Positions 37,133 through 48,690 are shown, counted from the whole stretch's first letter. The stretch: 63,463 nucleotides of DNA, filler included, from Folioceros fuciformis (GCA_049999805.1; 14 parts of 14 records of this genome joined end to end with filler, not necessarily neighbours in it), one strand, 5' to 3'. Notes: generated from the sequence alone by a model not told the origin. Translations and numbers: made by a program.

Positions 37133-38739
37133 CAGATATATGACATAAGTGGCATTCGGCTTTCCCTCCGCTAACAGGTCGCTTGTAGGTGGAAGGTCTA
37201 GCACAGACGTGTTGCTAGTGGGTGGGAAGCCCAGTGATGGTTATGTTGGCAGGAATGGTGGGTTGTCACTTCCAGTGCCAAGCTTACGAAGTGCTCATTC
37301 AAGGGCACTAGGTGCGTAACTTTGCCGGGACATGGCCAGCAGAGTGGGGAAGGGACTTGAAGATGGAGGTCTCTGAAGGGTGCAGGACGATATGAGGGAA
37401 AGAGATGATCTGACTCGAGAGAGGCAGGGAGGGTGTTGAGAAGCACTCCGGATTTGTGGTAGTTGTGAGGGTTGATGAGTTTGGGGCAAAGGGCAGCTAA
37501 CGGTGTCAAGGGGCAATTAGAAGCAGGGGTAGGTTGGAGTTAGGGTTCTTGGTTGGGGTTAGGTCTAGGTCAGACCTAGGATAGATCTAGGTCAGACCTA
37601 GGATAGGTCTAGGTCAGACCTAGGATAGGTCTAGGTCAGACCTAGGCTAAGTCTAGGTTAGACCTAGGATAGGTCTAGGTCATGCCTAGGATAGGTCTAG
37701 GTCAGACCTAGGCTAAGTCTAGGTCAGGCCTAGGTTAGGTTTAGGTCAGACCTAGGCTAAGTATAGGTCAGGCCTAGGTTAGGTTTAGGTAAGACCTAGG
37801 TTAGGTCTAGGCAGGCCTAGATTAGGGTTAGGTCTAGGTCAGACCTAGGTTAGGTTTAGGTCAGACGTAGGTTAGGTTTAGGTCAGACCTAGGTTAGGTT
37901 TAGGTCAGAACCGGATGTAGGATGGTTTAGGTCAGAGAGAGAGATGGTTAGGTAGTTGACTTAGGTTAACCCTAGTAGACAGAGATGAGGGCTAGGCAGT
38001 ATAAGAGGGGAGACCTTCCATTAAGAGAGGGGCGGTCTACGGTGTGATGTCCCCGGACCTTGTGTGCAGAACTCCTGGCTTAGGGCGCTGAGCCAATTGA
38101 GATCGAACCAAGGTCCTGATTTCCCTTGCCACTAGGGGAACGTGGAGATCCCAAGACTGTCAAGATCCGTGTGGCCGGATCCACAAGGGCTGCATGATTC
38201 GCAGGTTGGCTAAAGCGAAGAAACAGGACCGTGAGCTGGAGGGCTATCCAGTCCTAGTATCCACACTATGCTTGAAGGCTGCAAGGAGTGAAGCCATTGT
38301 GTCCCAATTTCCAGGGGGCAGCTGAAGAAAAGAGGAAGAGTTGGGGCGAAATGCATAGAAGTGAAGAGTGAGTTGCTAAAGTGCAGGAGTGTGTGTTGAA
38401 GTGAAGGGTGGAGGATTGAAGTGAAGAGGAAGGGACTGAAGTGAGAATCTTGAAGAACTGAGGTGAAGGAGAAAGGACTGAAGTGGGAATCATGAAGGGC
38501 TGAAGGACTGAAGAACAGGAGTGTGAGATGTGTGAGCTGACTTGGGGGATAGGCTAGGCTTCTAGCCTTTTTGTTGTGAGTGTATGGTCAGGCCTATAGA
38601 CCGGCTGATAGGTAGAAGTGTGATAGGTAGCGTTCCTTAGCACTAGTTCACTCCCTTGGGAGCGAACCACAAGACTGCAACGACAAGAAGGGGATGTGTG
38701 GCCCTTGGGTGGTTCTTGGGTGCAGAAAATCACTCCACA
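37133..38739 (+). mobile_element. Ty3/gypsy LTR (3' part) ending CACTCCACA
   Basis: TATA-like tataagag near 38000; 37955-38070 matches 41362-41484; its end is the reverse complement of the termini at 1392, 2365 and 2539. Confidence 0.75.
37560..37935. repeat. 21-bp minisatellite with internal palindrome CTAGGTC-A-GACCTAG (about 17 degenerate units)
   Basis: Repeating aggtctaggtcagacctagga(t) and ggttaggtttaggtcagacct units. Confidence 0.9.
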
Positions 38740-39251
38740 GGGGTATGTTAGGGTCAGAGTCTGATGTCAAGTCTAGCCGGACTAAACGATCTTGGAGGCC
38801 ATGCTCTAGCTAGGGCAGGGGCTGCATGACCAATAAACCAATCAACATTCTAGATTCAAACTTTCCCGACCCTATGGTCCGATACCAGACCCAAAATTTC
38901 TCAGGTCTGGGACCAAACCAACTATTTCCTAGTCAATTAACCTAATAAGTGCAAAGAAAAATAGGTTAAATGACCAGAAAATAGAGGAAAAGTAGGGAAA
39001 AATAAGTAAAAAAAGAAAACCAAACCATTCCGCTATTAACCCTTTTTCAACCAAAACAAACACTAACCCAAACTTTGGAGGTTCATATCAGCAAAGAAAT
39101 TTATTCCTAGACACTGCAACATGCTTAGTTTGTGGAATGGGCTGGAGAGTGCCTTAGCAGCTAACAAGGTGAGCATCTTGTTTTCTCTTCTTTTTTTTTG
39201 TAGACGAAGTTCTTGGTAGTTGCGGATGCCTCCGCCACGGCCAGAGCGGAA

Positions 39252-39822
39252 GGGCCTGGCGGGCCCAGATGCGTGCTAGGGCCCCAAAGGAGGGTCATGG
39301 CATGCCCAAGTGTGCGCCAGGGCCCCATAGGAAGGGCCTAGCACACCCAAGTACGTGCCAAGGCTCTAGAGGGAGGCCCAACACATCAAGGTATGCACTA
39401 GGGCTCCAAAGGACGGGCCTGGCACGCCCAGGTGCAAGCCAAGGCCCCAAAGAACCCACCTAGCGCACCCAAGTGCGCGCTAGGCTTCCATAGGAGGGGC
39501 CTAGCATGCCCAAGTGCGTGCTAAGGCCCCCTAGGAGGAGCTTGGCGCGCCCAGGTGCGCGCTAGGGCCCCATAGGAGGGGCCTTGCACGGCCTGGGGTG
39601 CCAAAGGGCCTAGAGGAGTGGCTTGGCACGCCCTGGTGCATGCCAGAGACCTAGAGGAGGGCTTGGCGTGCCCTAGTGTGCCCCAGGTTGCCGACGATGG
39701 AGCCCTGGCGTGGACCTGGATGCGCCCAATTGCTGACGATGGGGCCCTGGTGCGCACCTAGGTGCCCGATCGCCGACGACAGGGCCTTGGCGTGCCCAAG
39801 TGCGTTCCAGGTTGTCAATGAT
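39252..39822. repeat. Array of about 14 degenerate ~41-bp GC-rich palindromic repeats
   Basis: Consensus by eye gggcctggcgcgcccaggtgcgcgccagggccccataggag; arms ctggcgcgc/gcgcgccag form an inverted repeat. Confidence 0.85.
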
Positions 39823-39982
39823 GGGATGATATTCCTGGAGGGGCCTTGGCTCGCTCTCGTGTCCCACCTCTGGGTATAGATGTCCTGTCCATGTGCTTCC
39901 TACTAAGTAGTTTGCGAATTGCTGCAAATTGTGTGAGACTTCGCTATCCGTCATTAGGAAAGAAATAGCTATTCGACTTGTC

Positions 39983-40970
39983 ATGACGAAGATACGGATA
40001 AGGCGGAAAACACTAGAGGATGGGCCAACAAAGCGATTGATGTGTGCCGAAGTCCATTTGGGACAACGTCAAGGGAGCCGTCTTCGGCTATGGGTCCTAA
40101 TGATGCAAGACTGGGTGCAAATCAAGACAGAGAGATACATGCCATCTAAGGATGACGATGTTTACGACGATGGCAAAGGTGGTGAGCCGGCAGATGATGA
40201 TGACGAAGAAAATGAAGCCCCAGACGCAGCAAGCAACAACAATGATGAGGAACACATATTCCAAGAAATGGACAGCGAAGGAGCATCAAAACGATCGTTG
40301 AACATATCCCAAAAGCAAATAGTCCATCACTTGCTCCATACTCTTGATGCCCTGGGCAACAAATCAAATATGTTGTGGAAGACTAGGATAATTGCAGACC
40401 AAGAACTGGTTGTTCAGGAAGAAGAGGACACTGACCTCCAAGTAACTGTTGCAGATTCACTTGGGGAGCGAAGACTAAAGGAAAGGGAAGGACTAATCGA
40501 CATAAAACCCATGGAGGTGGTGACGAAGAGGCTCCGATTGGTCGTGTAATCACAAAGACTATTTTGACAGATAGGAATCGAGTTGGAAGGACACTCTAGC
40601 ACAATGACCCAATCAACATTGTAGGGGAATCCGCTCATCGGAAACATTGTATCCCACACATTGACATGGTCGCCATCAACATGCTTCGACCGACGGATTA
40701 TTTGACAAAGGATGCTGAGATACGCCTTGTCAACGAGTCATGGGGGAAGCACTTATTGCGTGAGATCAAGAAGGGGCCTATGCAAGAAGGCATCTTGCCC
40801 CTACTGTGTATGATAGATCCAAAGGAGTGCCCGACGGTAGCTAACTTTGACCGAGAGAAATTGAAGAAACAGAAGTATACTATGGGTGTACTTGGAGGTA
40901 ACCACAACTTCTATGCATTCCAATGACTATTTGCCGAGGACCTAGAAAACTCACATCTATGCAAGCTCAC
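39983..40970 (+). pseudogene. Degraded ORF: acidic low-complexity region followed by a ParB/Srx-like domain fragment
   Basis: EIRLVNESWGKHLLREIKKG...ILPLL...YTMGVLGGNHNFYAFQ*LF resembles the ParB N-terminal pattern (R..d...v..L...I...G...P....i.GxHR..A...L). Contains stops and a frameshift; truncated by an LTR at 40971. Confidence 0.5.
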
Positions 40971-41484
40971 TGTGGACTCCACATGCTGAATAGGTCCTTG
41001 GAAAATGGTAGGATTTCTCTTTTTGGGAATCTCTAAATGAACCCTGTGGTGAAATGGTTAAAAGATTAGGTTAGATTAGTAGCTAGATTAATGGTGAGGC
41101 GAGACGCGTCTTTGAAGGGTTGCTGGAATGATCTGAGAGAAGGGATGGAATGATTTGAGAGAGGAGGGAGAGTGTTGAGAGGCATTGACCATTTTGGTAG
41201 TCTTGAGAGGTTGGTCAATTTTGGTAAGGGCACCCACTGGTGTCCATGGGACACAACCCCTATTAGGTCAGAACTAGGTTTGGGTCAAAGTTAGGGCTAG
41301 GTCAGAGTTAGGTTTAGGTCAGAATTAGGGGCGGCTTAGGTCAAAGAGAGATTGCTGGGTGGTTGACTGAGGCTAACCCTAATACATAGAGATGGAGGTT
41401 TGGGCCAAGGTAGTATAAGAGGCTAGACCTGCCATTGAGGAGGGGGCTGTCTACGGTGCGATTTCCTTGGACCTTGGGTGCAGA
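40971..41484 (+). mobile_element. 5' part of a gypsy LTR beginning TGTGG
   Basis: Starts tgtggactccaca; contains ttaggtcag repeats and a tataagagg block homologous to 37955-38070. Confidence 0.7.
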
Positions 41485-41584
41485 NNNNNNNNNNNNNNNN
41501 NNNNNNNNNNNNNNNNNNNNNNNNNNNNTTAATTAATTAANNNNNNNNNNNNNNNNNNNNNNNNNNNNNNNNNNNNNNNNNNNN

Positions 41585-44500
41585 CAGTGGGATAAGTGTG
41601 GCCACTAAAGGTGGAACCCGTTGGCAATCAGTGCCCGGGGTTTTGCCTCCACATTTTTGGCGCCGTTGCCGGGGAGCAGCTTGGGAGTTTCTTTTGCTGA
41701 TCAGATGGAGAGTCTAAGTTGTCCTGTAGATGTCTGGTGGAAGAGGTGATCGCAGAACTGGTAGAGGAAGAGCAGTTGTAACGCCTTCACCAAGTGATCT
41801 GCGTGCAACAAGGAGGAATTTGTTGAGAGGAGAGAGTAGCTTGACCCCTAAGGCTAGCACCCTTGTGGAGGAGGAGCTGCCTTGGTCAAGTGGAGAGCAC
41901 GAATTTGAAGGGTCGATTGCCGGAGAGCGTGACATCCAGGAGGTTGGTATTACATCTGGTTGCAGGAAGGAGTCTTACAGCCAACAAGTGGGTCGGGTTG
42001 AGAGGGAGTCCGTGTTACAGTCGAGTGTTGTGCAGTCAACTCTAGGTGATACTTCAGTCGTGGTATCATTGCTGGATAGCTTGCAGTCACTTGTTGGTGG
42101 TCAGTCAGTCCCCTTGCCGGCCATTGTTCCATTGTCAGCCCCCGTAGTGGTTTCAGTAGGGGATGTACTTCCTACGTCAAGTATCAGCCAAGTGGGTGGA
42201 GGAGTTGCTGCAAGGATGGCTGCTCCTATTCAAAGTCGTCAGCAATACGTGAAGTTTGGAGACAAGAGAAGAGGGGAGGATGCTGAATCCTTCCTAAGGA
42301 TGTTCGAGCATGTGTCTCGTGCCAACATGGAGGACACTACAGCTGATCGTTTGAGGATCTTTCTAGGTTTGCTAAGAGGACAAGCTCAGCAGTGGTACAG
42401 CCGAACGTATGGAGTGACACCACCAGTGGATTGGGACAGCCTGAAGGACGATTTCTTGACCAGGTTCTGAGGTCTCAGCCATGGCCATCACTCCTACGCG
42501 AGGTTGAGGACTTTGAAGCGAGGAAGGAAGGAGGATCTCTATGACTACATTGAGAGGTTCTACAGCTATGTGGACAGGATCCCACGTGGCAAGCCAATTG
42601 TTCCGGGAGGTCCGAGTACTCCAGGGTACACGGATGCTCAAGCTTTGGATTGGTTTGCTGGAGGACTACCCGATAGGATGGCAACCTACTGCACAAGAGG
42701 TGTGACCACTTTGCAGGAGGCTTTGAAGGCTACTGAAGATTTTGAGCTTTCGGAGTTGAGCAGAGAGAAGAGGAAGCAGAACCGGAAGTATGGGCATCAT
42801 AGGAGGTCAAGACATCACAGCCCATCTTCCTCTTCAAGGTCGAGGTCACCGTCTCACTCAGATCCAGATTATGACAGCCTTGTGTCGGATCCTTACACTG
42901 ATGAGGAGTCTGATAAGGCTTATGAGAAGAGGATGAGGAAGGACCTGGAGAAAGCACGCAAGAGATGCGAAGAGGATGAGGATCGTCGAGCTGAGAAGGA
43001 CAAGAGAGGCAAAGGATCCTATAGGATGGAGAGAGGCGAACCGTCCTCAAGTGGTGGAGGACTGACCAGTCAGGTTGAGGCATTGACGAGGAGGCTGGCC
43101 GAGCTGGAGGTGAAGGCGGTACGCAACCAAGCACCAAGGAGGTCACCTTCACCGGGTCGGCAGCTGGTGTACTGTTCTATTTGTCACCAATCAGGACACA
43201 CCCACCAAGAGTGCACTAGGGCTCCCCGCCACTCCGTCAACCAAGTGGACACCTACCTACCAGGAGACTATTGGTACGTGGATGACTCCTATCAGGTACA
43301 GGCTGTGACTGCTCCTCGACCACCACAGTCCATTCGGCCATCTTTCCAACCACCAGGACCTCCTGGAATGAGGTATGGTCCTCGTCCAGTATCTCCAGGC
43401 CATTGGAGGCCAGATCCGTCCCAGCGTCCACAAGTGGTGGCAGTAGGTTGTTGTTTTAATTGTGGCTTGCCGGGACACTATGCTAACGAGTGCATAGAGC
43501 CACGTAGGAAACTTGGATTTGTGCCGTTTTGTCAGGTGTGTAAGGATCCAGGGCACAGGGCTGGGGATCCAAGGTGTTCGGGCATCCCTAGGCCTGCGCT
43601 GCCTAGATTTGGAGTGAGGATCACGGAGGCACCGCAAGAGGGACTTCCTCCTGCGATGGAGACCACAACTCCAGTGACAAGCGCACCTGTGTTGTCGGTG
43701 GAGGCTGAGGAGGAGCCCTTGATTGACTCTCAAGCATTTTCTGGCATTGTGGAGGAGGGATATTCAGGCGAAGCTAGCGATGGTGAAGAAGTCATGGTGG
43801 CAAGGGTCACCACTCGTTCTGAACGTCGTTATCGGGAGAGGACAAAGAAGGAAGAGAAGAGAAGGAGGAGAGAACGTGACAACACTCCTAAATCACCGGA
43901 GGCAAGGGAGGAACCACTCATCCAGCAAGGGAAGAATGATGTGTCGACTGGACAAGAGGTTGATCCACCTCATCGAGAGGAAGGTGAACTAGATGAAGGA
44001 GAGGTTGAAGAATCAGCATTCCCACCCGACATCAGCAAGGAGGTTGCTGCAATGCTGGAGGAAGAGCTAACTAGGCTGATGCACCGGTCTAAGAAGGTCA
44101 CATTTGCAGACCCTCTTGTGATAGGGGTGGTGGAGAGTACAAGTCCCTTGGTGAAGGAACAGGAAGGAGAGAAGGTTGATCGAAGCGAGGAGGATGGAGG
44201 GATCAATCCTCCTAAGACAACAACAGCAAGGGAGGCTTTGGCCATGAAGGTTGCTGGATTTGCTGACGCATTGCTTGACCAGGAGTTTGTGGTGAGCTTG
44301 AGACAGCTCTTGTCTGTTAGTCCCAAGGCCAGGAAGATCGTCAAGGAAGCCATCCGAAGGATACCGGAGCCACTCGAAGGGAAGACAGTCCCGACGTGGA
44401 TGAGTTCAGTTGAGTTGGCTGATTGTGGAGCTCCTGAAATAGAGGTGGAGATTGCAGGTTGTCTGGTACCGGATGTACCGTTGGATACGGGGTCTGGTGT

Positions 44501-45929
44501 CAATCTCATGACGGAGGACACAGCCCATCGTTTGGGGTTCACGGAGTTTGACCCTATCCGCGTGTACCTTCGGATGGCAAATCAGACCAAGAGGAAGCCT
44601 CTAGGAGTGTTGAAGGATGTGCCCACGGTGATAGGAGGGATCATGTTCAAGCTGACCTACATTGTCATGAGGCCAGTGTCTGACCTAGGGTACAAGGTGC
44701 TCCTTGGGAGACCGTGGTTGTACGGGACAGCTTGTGTGTTTGATTTTGGCAAGAAAGGTGTGACCTTTAGGTCTAAACCTATAGGACCTGCTGAAGTTTT
44801 GTTCGTCTCGTGGAGCAAAGCTCCCTATGGGGGAGAAACAGCAGGACCATCTCCCGGGTACACATCCGGTAGTGCTGGAGGTAGCACTTCCAGCAGTGCA
44901 GGAGCCTACAAGGGAGTAGGGCATACTGTCAGGATGGTGGATTTGGATCAAGAGGTGACTTGTTTCCATACTGAAGTGGTGGAGAATGAAGATCCACAGG
45001 AGGATGAAGAGCAAAGGGAAGGAGCTGCCTTTTGGAAGGGGAAAGCCTATGACTATGATTTCCCAGAAGAAGGATAAGGAACAAGTGTAGGGAGTAGTCC
45101 CGAAGGAGTTTACGTGGATCCTGATGCTGTCGAGGACATGGAGTTGACCCCAGGGAAGAAGGTCAAGGTGTCCAAGTACCTCACACCCAAGGAGAAGGTA
45201 GGTTTGAAGGCACTGTTGACTGAATATTTGGATGTGTTTGCCTTCAAGGTGACGGACATGACAGGTGTTCCGGAGGAGCTGGGTGTTCATAGGATAGATC
45301 TCAAGGAGGGAAGCACACCGGTTCGGGTGAAGCAATACCGATTGAACCCAAAGTACTCCATGGTTGTGAAGGAGCAGTTGGATCAGTACTTGGAGGCTGG
45401 AGTCATCTATCATGTTCTAACTAGTGAGTGGGTAGCTCCAATTGTGGTGGTGCCTAAGAAGCAAGTTGGCAAGGTGAGGGTTTTCCAGGACTTCAGGAAG
45501 CTCAATGAGGCGACCAAGAAAGACCATCATCCACTCCCTTTCATGGACAGTGTGTTGGACACAGTTGCTGGACATGAGATGTACAGTTTCCTAGATGGGT
45601 ATTCAAGTTACAATCAGATCACACTGCGGGAGGAGGATCGCAACAAGACGACTTTCACAACTGATTGGGGGACCTACGCCTACACCAAGTTGCCTTTTGG
45701 GCTCTGCAATGCTCCGGCAACTTTTCAGCGGGTGGTGAATACCATTTTCAAGGAGTTCCTTCGGAAGTTCATGGAGGTGTTTTTGGATGACTTTTGTGTC
45801 TTTGGAAGGAGGTACCTACACTTGGAACAGCTAAGGAAGTGCTTGCAGAGGTGTAGGGAGACTAACCTCAAGTTGCATCCGGGGAAGTGTTTCTTTTGCA
45901 TGACGGAGGGTATCTTGCTAGCCCATAGA
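41585..45929 (+). mobile_element. Ty3/gypsy retrotransposon (non-chromovirus, Athila-like PBS): LTR end, PBS, gag-PR-RT
   Basis: LTR ends CCACA at 41653; PBS TGGCGCCGTTGCCGGGGA at 41658-41675; gag LRGQAQQWY..DWDSLKDDFLTRF; three Zn knuckles; protease LDTGSGVN..LLGRPW; RT DFRKLN, LDGYSSYNQI, PFGLCNAPATFQR, FLDDF. One frame from 41730 with stops at 42468 and 45075. Confidence 0.97.
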
Positions 45930-46075
45930 NNNNNNNNNNNNNNNNNNNNNNNNNNNNNNNNNNNNNNNNNNNNTTAATTAATTAANNNNNNNNNNNNNNN
46001 NNNNNNNNNNNNNNNNNNNNNNNNNNNNNTCCTCCTTCGCCATCCCGCATCCCGCTCCCTCCCCTTGGCCCCTAA

Positions 46076-47115
46076 TGTAATGTTTTAGGGACCGTATACG
46101 ATCCGTATACGTACACCTCATATTGTATTTTATATGGTTTAGATACGTATTAATACGTATCAATACATATACCATATACATATCCCCGTATTTCTTTTCT
46201 TTTTATTTTCCTAATTTCCTCTTTTCTATTTTCACCCCTATTTTTCTGGATTTAATTCCCGAAATTCCAATTCAACTCTGTTTCTCCTGCTTTCTTCTCC
46301 TCTTAGTTCGGGGCCTATTCTAGCACCCCAGGGTCAGTCTTTTATGGCCAAGGAACCATTTTGGCTGGAAGCTGATTCCGCTGAATAAGCTACCGTTTTC
46401 AGGCCAGGTTCTGGCTACTGATCCCATTGCTTCTTACCTCCTCTCTATCTTCTCACTACTCATACTCCTCCCCTGGAGGCTGGCTCAGCCACCAAGGGTG
46501 AGCAGTTGCAGGGGAAGACTTAGCGGGCGGCCATCCGGCAAGGAAGAGGCGGCGTCCGCAGATCTTTGAAGATTAGACATCCTCCGAAGTCTCAAGATAG
46601 TCTAAGAGGTGGTAGATCTTTGTGGTGGTAGGGCCAGCTCATTGGTGGCAAGATGTGCTAGAAGTCTAAATAAGTGGCTGGTGACAGCCGGCTAGGCTAG
46701 CGGTCCTATTAAAATAATATTTGTCAAGTTAGAGAGGTGAAGTCAGAGAGAGAGAGGCTCCTATAAGATCAGGTGAGCCTGTAGGAGGAGGTAGTTATTC
46801 ACTTTGGGAGTCAGTCTATCATTTCGTGAGCTCTTAGAGGTACTCTCTTCATGAGCTGTTGTGGTCTGTCCCTGCTTGGTTTAGGACCTGCAGTGTGTTG
46901 CCGGCTGTGCAACGTCTGGTAGGATTGCAAGTCGCGTGTTGCCGATTGTACAGTGTCTGGTAGGATCACAAGGTGTAATGACCAAGGTGAAGGGGCTTGC
47001 CCTTAGCTCTTCATTGTAAAGGATGTGTCTTTCTCTCGACCTGTCCACTCTTGTTCCTTGTTTGGACAAGTGCTGTAGGTCGGCCATGTTTCATGGCATG
47101 TGGTAAGGTTGTGGG
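46076..47115 (+). mobile_element. Probable LTR-derived sequence, possibly two nested LTR starts (TGTAA at 46076, TGTGG at 46621)
   Basis: TG starts, no credible coding frame, TATA-like ctataagatc near 46761 and composition like the other LTRs. Confidence 0.35.
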
Positions 47116-47215
47116 NNNNNNNNNNNNNNNNNNNNNNNNNNNNNNNNNNNNNNNNNNNNTTAATTAATTAANNNNNNNNNNNNNNNNNNNNNNNNNNNNN
47201 NNNNNNNNNNNNNNN

Positions 47216-47360
47216 CTCTTGTTCTTGCTCATGCATGCTCCCTCTTGCTCCTTGCTCTCTCCTTCCTCCCTTGCTCCCTTGCTCCCTCTTGTTCGTTGCT
47301 CTCTCCTTCCTCCCTTGCTTCCTCTTACTCCTTGCTATCTCCTTCCTCCCTTGCTTGCTT
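47216..47360. repeat. Pyrimidine-rich degenerate repeat (ctcccttgct/ctcttgct)
   Basis: Same repeat as 54150-54367. Confidence 0.9.
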
Positions 47361-47697
47361 TGGGCCCATCCAAGTCCTGCATTGTGATTGGATAAGTTAA
47401 ATATCTATATTATCTATGCTATTTTCAGCATAATATATATAATTTTATTTTTATATTATAAAATTAAAATAATATGTATAAAATTGAACTATAGTGGTTG
47501 GGAATATCTATTTTCATAAAATGAATAATATATAATATTTAGCCTTACCTAACTAGGAGTAGCCAAACCGTAATATTTATAGAGGTATAATATTTAGGAA
47601 GGTCACATTTAAAAAGGGTCGACTGAATGTGATTTTTCCCACTCCGCAGTAGGGGCTGTTTCAAAAGAAGCCCTATAGCATCACACGGAATTCGTCG

Positions 47698-47885
47698 TGC
47701 TATAATAATGCAGCAGATACGCTGCAAGAAAGGGCACATACGTCTCGCTATAAATAATAATAATGGAGAAGATTTTGCGCGACTTGGGGTACATACGTCT
47801 GGCTATAAATAATAATAATGCAGCAGATTCTGCGCGAGACAGGGTACATACGTCTCGCTATAATAACGCAGCAGATATGCTGAGA
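47698..47885. repeat. Four degenerate ~50-55-bp direct repeats
   Basis: Recurring acatacgtct(c/g)gctata(aat)n-gcagcagat. Confidence 0.8.
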
Positions 47886-48690
47886 GATACGGGCCCTACA
47901 CAGTGCTTCCTACACCTGGCGGCATCACAGCGCGTTCAACGGGTCAAAATGGGGACTGGCCGATAATATCAAGTCCGCAACCAGGGTGGAGCAGCCTGAC
48001 CGAGGTTTCGAACTCGTGATGCAGCCCTCCTTTTTATGAAGCCGTTTCCTCCATCACACTTGGGTTTGCGAGCAGCGGATTCCCCCTTCGCTTAGCTTCT
48101 GTGTTGGCGGAGGTCGCTCGGCTTGAGTTCTCACAGTGCTGCGGCGGTGGCATCGCAGATCCAACATTTCCAATGTCGGGAAACATCACTCGCTTGCCAT
48201 CAACCATTCACTGCGCGCAACCTGAAGCGGCCACGTCGAAGTGAATTTGGTACCTGGATAGAAAGTGGCGGCTACGTCGGGCAAACCGCCTGGCACCAGC
48301 TATGTGGAGTCAATCATCGAACGGACCTCCAGCTATGCTCGCATTCGGTTGGGTTGGGTACGATGTCCGCCTCCACCGTGGGAACAGGAAGGAACGGAGC
48401 TGGTGGCATTCTTTGGTTTGCCGCAGAATCCCGTCTTTCAACTGAGGCTCTGAAGGGATTAATGCTGGGTATCGCGCGGCCCGAGTTTTGTACTTGCAGC
48501 CGGAGAGATCAAGTGGAGCTTATGAATGAGGACAGCAAGAGCCTTTGGTAGATTCTCCGTGGTCAGGGTCTGATTGGTTTTCGCTTTCTTGCGCAGCACC
48601 AGGCTGAGAGAGTTATGGTGGCAGTGTCTTCCGGCATCTTGTTGGTTTCCTGGACGGATGTCGTCCCCGTTTTCATATTTAGGCCGCAGA

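Noticed and set aside
39252-39822. CRISPR-like array
   Set aside because: Units are degenerate tandem repeats without unique spacers, there are no cas genes, and the context is eukaryotic.
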